The notes beneath the pieces were generated by a model. The model did not search any database, was not told the origin of the DNA, and saw only the letters and a program-made list of their open reading frames with translations. Positions 35,995-46,190 of a stretch of 64,000 bases of DNA are shown in pieces. The DNA is taken from NCBI GenBank assembly GCA_013360745.1, contig JABWBA010000004.1, positions 13,275-77,274 of the forward strand, in the 5' to 3' direction. Made by a program: the position numbers and the translations under genes. Numbering within the stretch: position 1 is the stretch's first letter; each line of letters opens with the position of its first letter. This stretch comes from Chthonomonadales bacterium (lineage in GTDB: Bacteria > Armatimonadota > Chthonomonadetes > Chthonomonadales > CAJBBX01).

Positions 35995-38360
35995 CCGGCA
36001 ACGATGATCGATCCTCAGATCATCAACGTACCACGGCCGCCGTGGACGAACACGCCTCCGAGATGTCCCTTGCCTCTATACCGAACGACAAGCTAATCGA
36101 AGACGCGTATGCGGCACTGGAAGCCAGTATCGTCGCGCTCCGACCGGAGGCGGATCTTCAACGGATCCGGAGCGCCTATATATTCGCGCGTGACGCGCAT
36201 CAGTCCCACAGACGGAAATCGGGACTTCCCTATATCACCCATCCCATCGCCGTAGCCCAGGTCGTCGTCGACCTCAAGCTCGACGATGTAGCGATTATCG
36301 CTGCGCTGCTTCACGACATCATCGAAATGACGCCGTTCACGGTAGACGATATCCGGTCTCGCTTTACCGACGAAGTGGCCGTGATTGTCGACGGTCTCAC
36401 CAAGATCGAAAAGCTGGTCTTCGAATACAACGCACGAAACCCGTACGCCGAGGAGGAGACCGAGCCTCGCGAAGAGGAGCCCGGTGAAGACGACCGGCGC
36501 CGGACTCGACCCGTCAAAAGCGCGACCCGAGCGGCCAATCTACGGCGGTTCTTCTTCGCCATCGCCAAGGATCTCCGGGTAATCCTGGTGAAGCTCGCAG
36601 ACAGGCTGCACAATATGCGGACGCTGCAGTCCAAGCCGTCGGCTGACCAGCGCCGCATCGCAGTCGAAACTCTGCAGATATTCGCTCCGCTAGCCCACCG
36701 ATTGGGGATATGGCAGATCAAATGGGAGCTGGAGGATCTAGCGTTTCGTTACTCCGAACCTGAGGAGTATCAGCGCGTTGCCAACCTTGTCGCACAGACG
36801 CGTGCGCAGCGCCAGACAGAAGTCGACGAGGCGATCCAGCTGATCCAGGAGCACCTTCTCGCCAGAGGATTGACGCGCGCATTGGTGATCGGACGGGCCA
36901 AGCATCTCTACAGCATCTATAACAAGATGCGCAACCAGGGTGTCGAGTTTCAGAGCATCTACGATCTGATCGCGCTGCGTGTCATCGTCGATCGCCGCGA
37001 ACAGTGCTATGAGGCCCTGGGCTATATCGGCGAGGTGTGGCCAACCGTCCCGAACACCTATGCTGATTACATCAGCATACCGAAGTCCAACCTCTACCAG
37101 TCGATCCACCTGAAAGTCATTGGCCCCCGCAATCGGCCGATCGAGATCCAGATCCGCACGAGGGAGATGCACCGAACTGCGGAATACGGCATGGCCGCTC
37201 ACTGGGCGTACAAAGAGCAAGGCGAAGGAGGCCGCGCGGAGTCGGACGCGGATCGGCGCATTGCCCAGTTCACAAGAGAGTTCCACGAACTGTCCGATGA
37301 AGCAACCGACCCCAACTCGTTCCTATCTCAGCTGCTGCAGGAGCTCTTTAGCGATAAAGTGATGGTCTTCACCCCGATGGGCGAACCCTACGACCTTCCC
37401 ATCGGATCGACGGTTATCGACTTCGCCTATCGGATCCACTCGGACATCGGCCACCACGCGATCGGAGCTCGAGTGCATGGTACGTTCCGCCCTCTCGACT
37501 ATATCCTGCAGAACGGCGACTGGATCGAGGTAGTGACGCGATCCAATACATCCCCCTCACCCGATTGGCTTCGCTTCGCGAAGACTACACAGGCTCGTGC
37601 CAAGATCAAGGCGTATTTCCGCAAAGAGACCTACGAAGCCGACGTTGAGAAGGGCCGTGCTCTCCTCCTTGCCGAGGCCAGCAAGGCCGGGCTCGATCGA
37701 GATCGCACCCGAGACGACCTGCTCACCGAGGCCGCAATCGCCATGGGCTACCAGACCGTACGGGATCTACTGGCCGCATTGGGCAATAAGACCGCCAGCA
37801 TTCAGACGATCCTGCGTCATCTGGCGCCCGCGCTGCCGCCTCGCCCAGAACCTGCCCCTCTCCCTGACTCCGCAGAGCCGCCTGAGGATACCGGTACCGT
37901 TATCACTATGGGCAGCGAGACCAACGTCGCGTATCGTCGATCTCGATGCTGTCTCCCGTTGCCCGGGGAGGAGGTCTGGGCGTATGTATCCCGAGGATCC
38001 GGCCTGTTGATCCACCGCGCCGACTGCCCGAATCTTAAGAAGCTTGCCGAAGCCGAGCCGGAACGGGTTCTGAAAATCGCCTACAAAGCGGGGATTGGCA
38101 ATCCCCTGAGCGTTATCCTGCGGGTCCACTGCCATGATCGCGCGGGACTGCTCTCAGACGTGAGCGGCGTGATCACGGACAGTCGAGTCAATATCACCGG
38201 TGTCCGAACTCAGACCCACCGTAACGGTACTGCCACGCTCCAATACACGGTCGCGGTACCCGACATCGAGGGCCTGAACCGCTTGATCGAGCACCTTCAG
38301 CGATTGCCGGATACCATCAGGGTGGAACGACCGTTCAGCGGCGGAGGCTCGTCCCGTTGA
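35991..38360 (+). CDS. rel: Bifunctional (p)ppGpp synthetase/hydrolase (RelA/SpoT family)
   Basis: HD hydrolase domain (AALLHDIIE), synthetase domain (GRAKHLYSIYNKM), TGS domain (VFTPMGEPYDLPIGSTVIDFAYRIHSDIG) and a C-terminal ACT-like region. Confidence 0.95.
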   Translation: MTGNDDRSSDHQRTTAAVDEHASEMSLASIPNDKLIEDAYAALEASIVALRPEADLQRIRSAYIFARDAHQSHRRKSGLPYITHPIAVAQVVVDLKLDDVAIIAALLHDIIEMTPFTVDDIRSRFTDEVAVIVDGLTKIEKLVFEYNARNPYAEEETEPREEEPGEDDRRRTRPVKSATRAANLRRFFFAIAKDLRVILVKLADRLHNMRTLQSKPSADQRRIAVETLQIFAPLAHRLGIWQIKWELEDLAFRYSEPEEYQRVANLVAQTRAQRQTEVDEAIQLIQEHLLARGLTRALVIGRAKHLYSIYNKMRNQGVEFQSIYDLIALRVIVDRREQCYEALGYIGEVWPTVPNTYADYISIPKSNLYQSIHLKVIGPRNRPIEIQIRTREMHRTAEYGMAAHWAYKEQGEGGRAESDADRRIAQFTREFHELSDEATDPNSFLSQLLQELFSDKVMVFTPMGEPYDLPIGSTVIDFAYRIHSDIGHHAIGARVHGTFRPLDYILQNGDWIEVVTRSNTSPSPDWLRFAKTTQARAKIKAYFRKETYEADVEKGRALLLAEASKAGLDRDRTRDDLLTEAAIAMGYQTVRDLLAALGNKTASIQTILRHLAPALPPRPEPAPLPDSAEPPEDTGTVITMGSETNVAYRRSRCCLPLPGEEVWAYVSRGSGLLIHRADCPNLKKLAEAEPERVLKIAYKAGIGNPLSVILRVHCHDRAGLLSDVSGVITDSRVNITGVRTQTHRNGTATLQYTVAVPDIEGLNRLIEHLQRLPDTIRVERPFSGGGSSR

Positions 38361-38806
38361 GGGCGGTAATCCAGCGAGTATCAAGAGCATCCGTGTCGGT
38401 AGACTCCCGCATCTACGGCGAAATCGGTCCGGGCTTGCTCGTATTGCTCGGAGTGCAGCGGGACGATACCGACACGGATGCGGACTATATCGCCGCCAAG
38501 ACGCTGGGACTCAGAGTGTTTCCAGATGTCGAGGGTAAGATGAATCGATCGGTCGTCGATACGGGCGGCAGCGTCCTCATCATCTCACAGTTCACCCTGT
38601 TCGGCGATGTCCGACGGGGGAAGCGCCCGAGCTTCATAGAGGCCGCTGAGCCTGCGCTCGCCGATGATCTCTACGAGCGCGTATGCTCGGCGATCGAAGC
38701 CGCATCCATACCGGTACAGAAAGGAATCTTTGGGGCGCATATGGCCGTTTCGCTGATCAATGACGGTCCCGTCACGATCCAGCTCGATAGCCGCCGCCTG
38801 TATTGA
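38357..38806 (+). CDS. dtd: D-aminoacyl-tRNA deacylase
   Basis: MRAVIQRVSRASVSV... and SQFTLFGDVRRGKRPSF; 149 aa. The start overlaps the rel stop. Confidence 0.95.
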   Translation: MRAVIQRVSRASVSVDSRIYGEIGPGLLVLLGVQRDDTDTDADYIAAKTLGLRVFPDVEGKMNRSVVDTGGSVLIISQFTLFGDVRRGKRPSFIEAAEPALADDLYERVCSAIEAASIPVQKGIFGAHMAVSLINDGPVTIQLDSRRLY

Positions 38807-38821
38807 TCGACGGACCAGCCT

Positions 38822-39466
38822 ATGGACCGACCGTCTGACCCATCACATTGCTATCGATCGCACCGGACCGATAGAACAACGGCGCGGCGACCGGGTATCG
38901 GGGCGTTTCGGCGAGCCGAGACCCTGCGACGCGTCGGCAGAACGCGAGAGGCGATCTCCGAATATGCACGGGCGGTGGAGCTTGCACCCGACGATGGGTA
39001 TTACCACTGTCGATACGCGGAAGCGCTGCTCGAGCTGGGATCCATCGATGAGGCGGCCGATACGCTCGCAGGCGCCTGTTCGGTTGAGCCGGATAATCCG
39101 TATTACCATTATCGACTCGGCGAAGTACAGTATATGCGCGGACGGATGGATGCGGCGATCATGAGACTGTATCGCGCCGCGGACCTTGCGAAGGAAGACG
39201 CTTATTACTATGCCCGACTCGGCAGTCTATGCTACCAGGCGGGCCGTCCGTCCGAAGCCGCGCAGGCCCTGGCCGCAGCGATCCGATTAACGCCTGATAA
39301 CGCCGCCTATCACTGCCTCCTTGCGGATGTTTATGTACGCCTTGGCTCAGACCAATACGCGCTTAAGCACTACAGACAAGCGGGCATGCTGGGCGACTAC
39401 GATGCCCAGCTCGTAGCCCGTATTCGTCGATTCCTGCCGTTGAGATCCAACGACAGGCTCCGTTAG
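38822..39466 (+). CDS. Tetratricopeptide (TPR) repeat protein
   Basis: Successive 34-aa repeats, each with an A..Y..A..L.PD(N/D)..Y pattern. Confidence 0.7.
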   Translation: MDRPSDPSHCYRSHRTDRTTARRPGIGAFRRAETLRRVGRTREAISEYARAVELAPDDGYYHCRYAEALLELGSIDEAADTLAGACSVEPDNPYYHYRLGEVQYMRGRMDAAIMRLYRAADLAKEDAYYYARLGSLCYQAGRPSEAAQALAAAIRLTPDNAAYHCLLADVYVRLGSDQYALKHYRQAGMLGDYDAQLVARIRRFLPLRSNDRLR

Positions 39467-39504
39467 GGACAAGCCGATCTACTCAATCCTGAAAGGACGA
39501 TCCT

Positions 39505-39945
39505 ATGTTCAACAATATCCTGCTCGCCTCAGACGGCTCCGACTACGCTCTTCGCGCGGCTGAGACCACGGCCGAACTCGCCAGGAGCCTGGGCTCCGCG
39601 GTTACGGTCCTGCACGTCTTCACTCTGCCCGTAGTGCAGACGGCCATGCCCGGGCTGCCCAGTGTCAGCCTGGAGCCGGGCGCCGTCAACGCCTACATGG
39701 AAGAGGTTCAGGACGCGGTCGCCAAACGCACCGGCAAGGTATTCGACTCCGCCGGCCTGTCCTATCAGATTCGCATGGAAGCTGGACATCCGGCAGAGGT
39801 AATCGTCCGAGTAGCCGAGGATCAGAAGTTCGATCTGATCGTGATGGGCAGCCGCGGTATGAGCGCCATCAAGTCCTTCTTGCTGGGCAGCGTCTCCGAC
39901 CGCGTTCTGCACCATGCCCATTGTCCGGTCCTGATTGTCAAATAG
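39505..39945 (+). CDS. Universal stress protein (UspA family)
   Basis: ILLASDGSDYALRA..., DLIVMGSRGMSAIKSFLLGSVSDRVLHHAHCPVLIV. Confidence 0.9.
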   Translation: MFNNILLASDGSDYALRAAETTAELARSLGSAVTVLHVFTLPVVQTAMPGLPSVSLEPGAVNAYMEEVQDAVAKRTGKVFDSAGLSYQIRMEAGHPAEVIVRVAEDQKFDLIVMGSRGMSAIKSFLLGSVSDRVLHHAHCPVLIVK

Positions 39946-39970
39946 TCCCGTCTGCAGCGCAGAGGTCTGG

Positions 39971-40984
39971 TTACAGCGGCAGGCGCATGGTCGTACCGCT
40001 ATCTGCGGCACGCTTGCCGGCTTCGAGTATCTCCTGAGCATCGCGGGAGACGCTCATGGAACAGAAACCCGTGATCGGTTCGCCGGTCTGAAGGCAGTGG
40101 ATCAGATACTCCGGTCCGTTCCGTCGCGGGTACTCGGTCGGCGGCGCTATGATCGTCTTTGCCCCGGAGGTCGTCTGCATGAGCACCTCGCTGCCGGAAA
40201 TCGCAAGGCTGCCGTCGGTCCCATAGGCAACCGGATTGGGAGTCGCGTAACCGACGGGCTGCGTCCAACACGCCTCGGCCACGCCGAACGCGTCCCGGTA
40301 CCGCATCAAGATAATCGCGTTATCGTCCGGCACCGGATAGGTCTTCACAAACGTCCCGCGCATCCCCGCAACCTGTTCCGGCAGGCCCATGAACCGTGCG
40401 CACATATCGGCGGCGTAGCAGCAGTAGTCCATCAGCGCGCCAGCGCCGTTCAACTCCTCGTCGTAGAGCCAGCTCCAGAAGTGCGTGGAACAGCCGATCT
40501 CCTTCGGACCGTTGTGGGCGCTCCGCTGTTTCAGGTAGATCAAGCGGCCGATCTCGCCCCCCACGATACGTCGCTCCATCTCCTGCACGGTCGGCGCCCA
40601 CGCCGTTGGCCAGTTGATCATAACTCGAATGTCCGTCGCCTCCGCGGCCCGGACCATCCGGTTGGCCTGATCGAGGGTTGCGCTCATTGGCTTTTCGCTG
40701 ATCACGTGGATTCCACGCGGCGCACAGGCTTCGACGATATCGGCGGCGTCCCGATTGTTCGATGCCGCCTGAACGATATCCAGTTCCTCCCGTTCGACCA
40801 TCTCCTGCCACGTGTCGTAGACCCGCGGCACACCATACTCCGCCTGTACTTTATGGCGCAGGTCCTCGTTGGGGTCACCCGCCGCGACCAACTCCACGTC
40901 AGGATGGGATGCCCAGTGAGCCAGCTCCCCCCAGACGTGATCATGGACCATCATTGCCACTCCGACACGGTACTTCCTGGCCAT
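39971..40984 (-). CDS. Gfo/Idh/MocA family oxidoreductase
   Basis: N-terminal Rossmann fold KYRVGVAMMVHDHVWGEL followed by ...HVISEKPMS. Start moved to ATG 40984. Confidence 0.85.
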   Translation of the reverse strand: MARKYRVGVAMMVHDHVWGELAHWASHPDVELVAAGDPNEDLRHKVQAEYGVPRVYDTWQEMVEREELDIVQAASNNRDAADIVEACAPRGIHVISEKPMSATLDQANRMVRAAEATDIRVMINWPTAWAPTVQEMERRIVGGEIGRLIYLKQRSAHNGPKEIGCSTHFWSWLYDEELNGAGALMDYCCYAADMCARFMGLPEQVAGMRGTFVKTYPVPDDNAIILMRYRDAFGVAEACWTQPVGYATPNPVAYGTDGSLAISGSEVLMQTTSGAKTIIAPPTEYPRRNGPEYLIHCLQTGEPITGFCSMSVSRDAQEILEAGKRAADSGTTMRLPL

Positions 40985-41151
40985 CGCACCCTCCCATGGG
41001 CCTGATCTCGATCGTATCTTCCGCGTGCGCCTCAGGCGCTCCTGCCGCAGGTGTCGTGATACACTCAGATCCCCTGTCGCAGGAGGCAGATGCCCAACCA
41101 CGAATCATCAAAGGACATTCCTGCGTATACAGATAGAGGGCAAGCGCCGTT

Positions 41152-42639
41152 ATGGGCAGTGTGGACTTCATAAAGATACCGACCATCAAAACCGCCGGGG
41201 GATTTCGGCAAGCCCTGGAGGGTCTGTCGATCGATCTTCCCATCGACGATGAGATCGTACCGGCCCCGGACTCACCCCTGGCACAATCGATAGAGATCGG
41301 CGGGCGTTCGATCGGCAACCGCTTCTGCGTCCAGCCAATGGAAGGCTGGGATGGCACGATCGACGGTCGGCCCAGCGCCTTGACTGAGCGCAGATGGCGG
41401 CGCTTCGGACAGAGCGGCGCGAAGCTCATCTGGGGCGGCGAGGCCGTGGCCGTGCGGCACGACGGCAGAGCCAATCCGCACCAGCTGATGCTGAACTCGG
41501 AGACGGTAGCCGATATCGCGCGCCTTCGGGAAACGCTCGTTGAGGAACATCGGGCCGCGCACGGGTCGACCGAGGATCTAATGATCGGCCTGCAGCTCAC
41601 CCATTCCGGGCGCTTTTGTCGACCTGATCGCTGGGACAAGGCAGAGCCGATCATCGCCCATCGGCACCCGATCCTGGATCGCCGACAGGGTTTGCCGCCC
41701 GAGTACCCGGCGCTGAGCGATGGAGACATCCGCGGTCTCGTCGACGATTATGCGGTTGCCGCGCGTCTGGCCAGAGACGCAGGCTTCGACTTCGTGGACA
41801 TAAAGCACTGCCACGGCTATCTGGGTCACGAGCTGCTTGGCGCCCACACCCGGCCCGGCGAATACGGCGGCTCCCTTGCCAATCGCACACGATTCCTGAG
41901 CGAGATCGTAGAGGCCATCCGGGCCGGCGCGCCGGACCTGAGCATCGGGGTGCGGGTCAGTGCGTTCGACATCGTCCCCTTCGAACCAGACCCATATCAG
42001 GCCGCCCCGGGCAAGCTGGGGCCGGGGATACCCTCCAACTTCTGCGACTGCGTCCCGTATCTCTGGGGATTCGGAGTCTCACAGGATCAGCCGACCGAGA
42101 TGGACCTGAGCGAACCGCTCGAGTTCATGTCGATTCTCCGAACTCTCGGGATCATGATGGTCAACCTGACGGCGGGCAGCCCATACTACAGTCACCATAT
42201 TCAGCGGCCCGCGCTCTATCCGCCCTCCGATGGCTATCAGCCGCCCGAAGACCCACTTATAGGAGTTGCACGACTCCTCTTCGTTGCCAGGCTGATCAAG
42301 TGCCAGAACCCGGACATGACCTTTGTTGGAACGGGCTTCACCTATCTGCAGGAATATCTGCCGCATGTGGCGCAGGCGATGATCCGCGACGGTTGGGTGG
42401 ACTTCGTCGGTCTGGGCCGGAGTATGCTGTCCTACCCCACCATCGCCAGCGACGTTTTGAACGGAAGGGGGCTGAGTCGGAAACGGCTCTGCCGCACCTT
42501 CAGCGACTGCACGACCGCGCCTCGCGCCGGACTGGCGTCCGGCTGCTATCCGCTGGACGACCATTACGGCAACGGCCCCCTGGCTCCGTCGCTCGTCGAA
42601 GCGAAAGACGCGTTGAAGCGGAGGCTGCAGTCGGTATGA
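41152..42639 (+). CDS. NADH:flavin oxidoreductase (Old Yellow Enzyme family)
   Basis: QLTHSGRF and FDFVDIKHCHGYLGHELLGAHTRPGEYGGSLANRTRFLSEIVEAIR match the OYE TIM-barrel motifs. Confidence 0.8.
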   Translation: MGSVDFIKIPTIKTAGGFRQALEGLSIDLPIDDEIVPAPDSPLAQSIEIGGRSIGNRFCVQPMEGWDGTIDGRPSALTERRWRRFGQSGAKLIWGGEAVAVRHDGRANPHQLMLNSETVADIARLRETLVEEHRAAHGSTEDLMIGLQLTHSGRFCRPDRWDKAEPIIAHRHPILDRRQGLPPEYPALSDGDIRGLVDDYAVAARLARDAGFDFVDIKHCHGYLGHELLGAHTRPGEYGGSLANRTRFLSEIVEAIRAGAPDLSIGVRVSAFDIVPFEPDPYQAAPGKLGPGIPSNFCDCVPYLWGFGVSQDQPTEMDLSEPLEFMSILRTLGIMMVNLTAGSPYYSHHIQRPALYPPSDGYQPPEDPLIGVARLLFVARLIKCQNPDMTFVGTGFTYLQEYLPHVAQAMIRDGWVDFVGLGRSMLSYPTIASDVLNGRGLSRKRLCRTFSDCTTAPRAGLASGCYPLDDHYGNGPLAPSLVEAKDALKRRLQSV

Positions 42640-42730
42640 GTTCGTTACAAATCGGGCGTTCACGTGTCCAATAGGCTGGGCTTGGTCTGACGGATCCGGC
42701 GCAGACGCTCGACTATGAGGAGGAATACCC

Positions 42731-43468
42731 TTGAGATACCTGAGTGCGATTCTGATCGCGTGCACCTTATCAACGCGTTCCACGTCGACGTTTGCGGACG
42801 TTCCGACGAACATCAATGCGTACCTCTGCGCTAAACTGGACGATTTCACCGCGACGGGAGTCGTCGACAAATCCAACCAGCGCGAACTGCAGAAGATCAG
42901 CAAGGATCTCGGATTCATGTATCGCTTCGGCAAGCTGCTGATGCGTTATAAGGAACCGAACAAGGTACGCGTTGAAGGGACGGTTGAGGGGACGAAAGGT
43001 GTCTACATCGTCAATGGCACGATCCAGAGGGTGTCCGTACCGAAGATACGGCTCAATACGCGCAGGGACTTCGGCGACGCTCCGGGAAAGCGCAAATCGC
43101 TCGTCGACATCGGGCTGATCTCCCCGTACTACATGAGCTACTCCACCGCGAAGTTCGTGCGTGAGGGGAGCGTTGATGGGACGCCGGTAGGGATCTTCGA
43201 CGTTCGGTACAAAGACCAGGACGCCGACACCTCACACCACCTGTTTTACATAGATCCGAAGACGCGGGTGATCCTTAAGCGGGATGCGTACCATCAGGAT
43301 GGTCGGTACCGAGCCACCTATCGGTATCTCGACGTGAAACAGGTTGCGCCCGGGATCTGGTTTCCGACGCGGATCGAGGTCTACAATGCGGAGCGGAAAC
43401 TGGCAGGGTCGACCCGCTACGAGGATATCAAGGTGAACACCGGCCTGCCCGACAGCCTCTTTGAATAG
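42731..43468 (+). CDS. LolA-like outer-membrane lipoprotein-sorting family protein (putative)
   Basis: Signal peptide, about 245 aa, beta-rich, with a C-terminal ...VNTGLPDSLFE motif typical of LolA/RseB-like folds. TTG start. Confidence 0.5.
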   Translation: MRYLSAILIACTLSTRSTSTFADVPTNINAYLCAKLDDFTATGVVDKSNQRELQKISKDLGFMYRFGKLLMRYKEPNKVRVEGTVEGTKGVYIVNGTIQRVSVPKIRLNTRRDFGDAPGKRKSLVDIGLISPYYMSYSTAKFVREGSVDGTPVGIFDVRYKDQDADTSHHLFYIDPKTRVILKRDAYHQDGRYRATYRYLDVKQVAPGIWFPTRIEVYNAERKLAGSTRYEDIKVNTGLPDSLFE

Positions 43469-43510
43469 GCGCAGGGCGAGAGAGAACGGCGCAACGCCGG
43501 AGGGGGTTCT

Positions 43511-44602
43511 ATGGCGGCTTCAATAGTCACCTTCGGTGAGATTATGGGGCGGATCGCGCCGTCCGGCATGGCGCGATGGTCTCAGGCTCTACCCGGCTCC
43601 GTCGAGTTCACCTTCGGCGGAGGCGAGGCGAACGTAGCGATATCGCTCGCGACGCTCGGGGTCGAGTCCTGCTTCGTATCGGCCCTTCCCCGCAACCCCG
43701 TCGCCAACGCCGGCGTACGGTTTCTCCAGGCCATGGGGGTCGACACGTCACGGATCATCCGAACGGACGAAGGGCGTTTGGGCCTCTACTTCCTCGAAGG
43801 CGGAGCCAATCAGCGCCCGAGCGTCGTTACCTACGATCGCGCGGGCTCCAGCCTGGTTTCCTGTCCTGCCGAAGCCTACGATTGGCCGGACATTCTGACC
43901 GGAAGGAAATGGCTGCATATCACCGGGATCACGCCTGCATTGAGCAGGGCAACGGCGGATGCGTCCCTGGCCGCAGTTCGCTCGGCGTCCGAGCTCGGTC
44001 TCACCGTCTCGTGCGATTTGAACTATCGGCGTAAGCTATGGCAATGGCATAGCTGCGTACAGCCCCGGGATCTGGCGGAACGGACGATGCGCTCGATCCT
44101 GCCCTATGTTCACGTGGTGATCGCCAACGAGGAGGATGCCGAACAGGTCCTCGGCATCGCGGCTCCCGAGACCGATGTCGAGGCCGGCGCCCTTCGCGTC
44201 GATGGTTATCGCCTCGTCGCGCAGGAGATTGTGCGCCAGTTCCCGAATGTAGCCCATGTGGCCATCACCCTGCGAGAGAGTGTGTCCGCCTCCCACAACA
44301 ACTGGGGCGGCATGCTCTATGAAGCGTCGACGAAGACGGCCGTGTTCGCTCCGGTTGATCAGGACGGCGCCTACCGACCGTACGAGATTCGCAACATCGT
44401 CGACCGTGTGGGGGCCGGGGATGCCTTCGCAGCTGGTCTGATCTGCGCGATGCGAGACCCTGCTCTATCCAGTTCCGCGGTCGCATTTGCAGCCGCGGCC
44501 TCATGCCTGAAGCACTCCATTCCCGGCGATGTCAACCTGGTCACCCGCGGCGAGGTGGAGGCGCTGATGCGGGGTTCGGGCGCCGGCAGGGTCGTCCGCT
44601 AG
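43511..44602 (+). CDS. kdgK: PfkB-family sugar kinase, 2-dehydro-3-deoxygluconokinase-like
   Basis: FGEIMGRIAP...FGGGEANVAISLATLG at the N-terminus and C-terminal VDRVGAGDAFAAGL. Adjacent to eda. Confidence 0.8.
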   Translation: MAASIVTFGEIMGRIAPSGMARWSQALPGSVEFTFGGGEANVAISLATLGVESCFVSALPRNPVANAGVRFLQAMGVDTSRIIRTDEGRLGLYFLEGGANQRPSVVTYDRAGSSLVSCPAEAYDWPDILTGRKWLHITGITPALSRATADASLAAVRSASELGLTVSCDLNYRRKLWQWHSCVQPRDLAERTMRSILPYVHVVIANEEDAEQVLGIAAPETDVEAGALRVDGYRLVAQEIVRQFPNVAHVAITLRESVSASHNNWGGMLYEASTKTAVFAPVDQDGAYRPYEIRNIVDRVGAGDAFAAGLICAMRDPALSSSAVAFAAAASCLKHSIPGDVNLVTRGEVEALMRGSGAGRVVR

Positions 44603-44613
44603 GCCGACGCTAG

Positions 44614-45255
44614 ATGAACCGACACGACGTCACGACTCAAATCGAAACCTCAGGCCTCATCGCGGTCATCCGCGCGGAGAGCGGACCGCAGGCGCTGCGG
44701 ATCGCAGAAGCCTGTCGGGATGGCGGGGCCGGAGCCGTGGAGATCACCTTTACGGTACCGGGTGCGCATCGGATCATCGAGGCGCTGGCGGAGGCTTTTT
44801 CGGACGAAGGCATCCTCGTCGGGGCCGGCACGATCCTTGACCCCGAAACGGCACGAACGGCGATCCTTGCCGGGGCCGATTTCATCGTATCGCCCTGCCT
44901 CAATAATGACGTCGTTCGCCTCTGTCATCGTTATGGCCTGTGCTGCATACCAGGCGCGATGAGCGTTCGCGAGGTGGTCGAGGCGCTGGAGCTAGGCGTC
45001 GACCTGATCAAAGCGTTTCCCGGCGAAGTCCTCGGCCCCGAGTTCGTCAAGGCGATCCGAGGACCGCTGCCGAACGCTCGCCTCGTGCCAACCGGAGGGG
45101 TTTCTCTCGAGAACGTGGGTGCATGGATACGCGCGGGAGCGGTGGCGGTCGGAGTCGGCGGCAGTCTGACCGCAGGCGCCGGCAGAGGCGACTATGAGGC
45201 GGTTACCGCCGCTACGCGCAGCTTCGCAGACGCTGTCGCTGCAGCTCGCGCCTAG
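44614..45255 (+). CDS. eda: KDPG/KHG aldolase
   Basis: GLIAVIRAES..., GAGAVEITFTVPGA, and IKAFPGEVLGPEFVKAIRGPLP with a Schiff-base Lys context. Confidence 0.85.
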   Translation: MNRHDVTTQIETSGLIAVIRAESGPQALRIAEACRDGGAGAVEITFTVPGAHRIIEALAEAFSDEGILVGAGTILDPETARTAILAGADFIVSPCLNNDVVRLCHRYGLCCIPGAMSVREVVEALELGVDLIKAFPGEVLGPEFVKAIRGPLPNARLVPTGGVSLENVGAWIRAGAVAVGVGGSLTAGAGRGDYEAVTAATRSFADAVAAARA

Positions 45256-45260
45256 TCCCG

Positions 45261-46190
45261 ATGCGTCGCGCCCTCAGGGACGCCCGCGAGCTTCCAGCAG
45301 TCGTGCTTCTGGTCGCTGCTGCGCTCTGGCTGCTCCTGAGCAAGCCCTCCTTTCGCTCTCCCGGGAACCTGGCCGTCGTAGGTCAGGATGCCGGGATGCT
45401 CGGATTGATGGCCTGTGGCGAGACACTGGTCATCCTGACCGGCGGGATCGATCTCTCCGTGGCTTCGGCCCTGGCGATGTCGGCATGCCTTTGCGGCGCG
45501 TTGATCATGGCCGGTACGCCGTGGCCAGCCGCCGCGATCGCCGCGATCGGTCTCGGTCTTCTCGCCGGCTGGGTCAATGGCGCCCTCGTAACATGGCGGC
45601 GTTTGCCCCCGATCCTCGTTACTCTGGCGACGCTGCTCCTGTTCCGAGGGATCACCAACATCCTTACCGGAGCCGCGCCGTACAACCTTCTCCCCGAGGC
45701 CTACAAGGCCATTGGGCGAGGCGGTTGGCCGATGCTCGCGCTCGTGGTCGTCGCCTCCGTGTTGTCCATCGGCATCGGTCGATCGAGGTTCGGACGACAT
45801 CTGGTGGCATCAGGGGGCAATGAGAGTGCAGCGCGGCTGTCGGGCATCGGTGTGCCGTCGGTCCTGCGGCGAGCCTACGCCCTTTCGGGCATGCTGGCGG
45901 CCTCAGCAGGCTTGCTTATGGCAGCCGCCAACGGCAACGCGCAATGGACCCTCGCCGACGGCTGGGAACTCGATGTGATCGCAGCCGTGGTTATCGGCGG
46001 AGTTCGGTTGACCGGCGGCCAGGGCAGCGTCTTCGGAGCCACCGTTGGTGCGTTGATCATCGTCATTTTGCGTAACGCCCTGTTCTTATCCGGTGTTCCT
46101 ACCGAACAGTACGGTCTGGTCACCGGTGGGGTCATCGTGGCCGCGGCATTATCGGAACGCTGGCGGAGCACAGCGGCGGATCGGCGATGA
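45261..46190 (+). CDS. Sugar ABC transporter permease (RbsC/CUT2-type)
   Basis: TGGIDLSVASALAMSA motif with about 9-10 TM segments. Confidence 0.85.
   Translation: MRRALRDARELPAVVLLVAAALWLLLSKPSFRSPGNLAVVGQDAGMLGLMACGETLVILTGGIDLSVASALAMSACLCGALIMAGTPWPAAAIAAIGLGLLAGWVNGALVTWRRLPPILVTLATLLLFRGITNILTGAAPYNLLPEAYKAIGRGGWPMLALVVVASVLSIGIGRSRFGRHLVASGGNESAARLSGIGVPSVLRRAYALSGMLAASAGLLMAAANGNAQWTLADGWELDVIAAVVIGGVRLTGGQGSVFGATVGALIIVILRNALFLSGVPTEQYGLVTGGVIVAAALSERWRSTAADRR

Noticed and set aside
39935-41005. 356-aa plus-strand ORF
   Set aside because: Antisense to the Gfo/Idh/MocA oxidoreductase. The translation is Arg/His/Pro-rich and motif-free.
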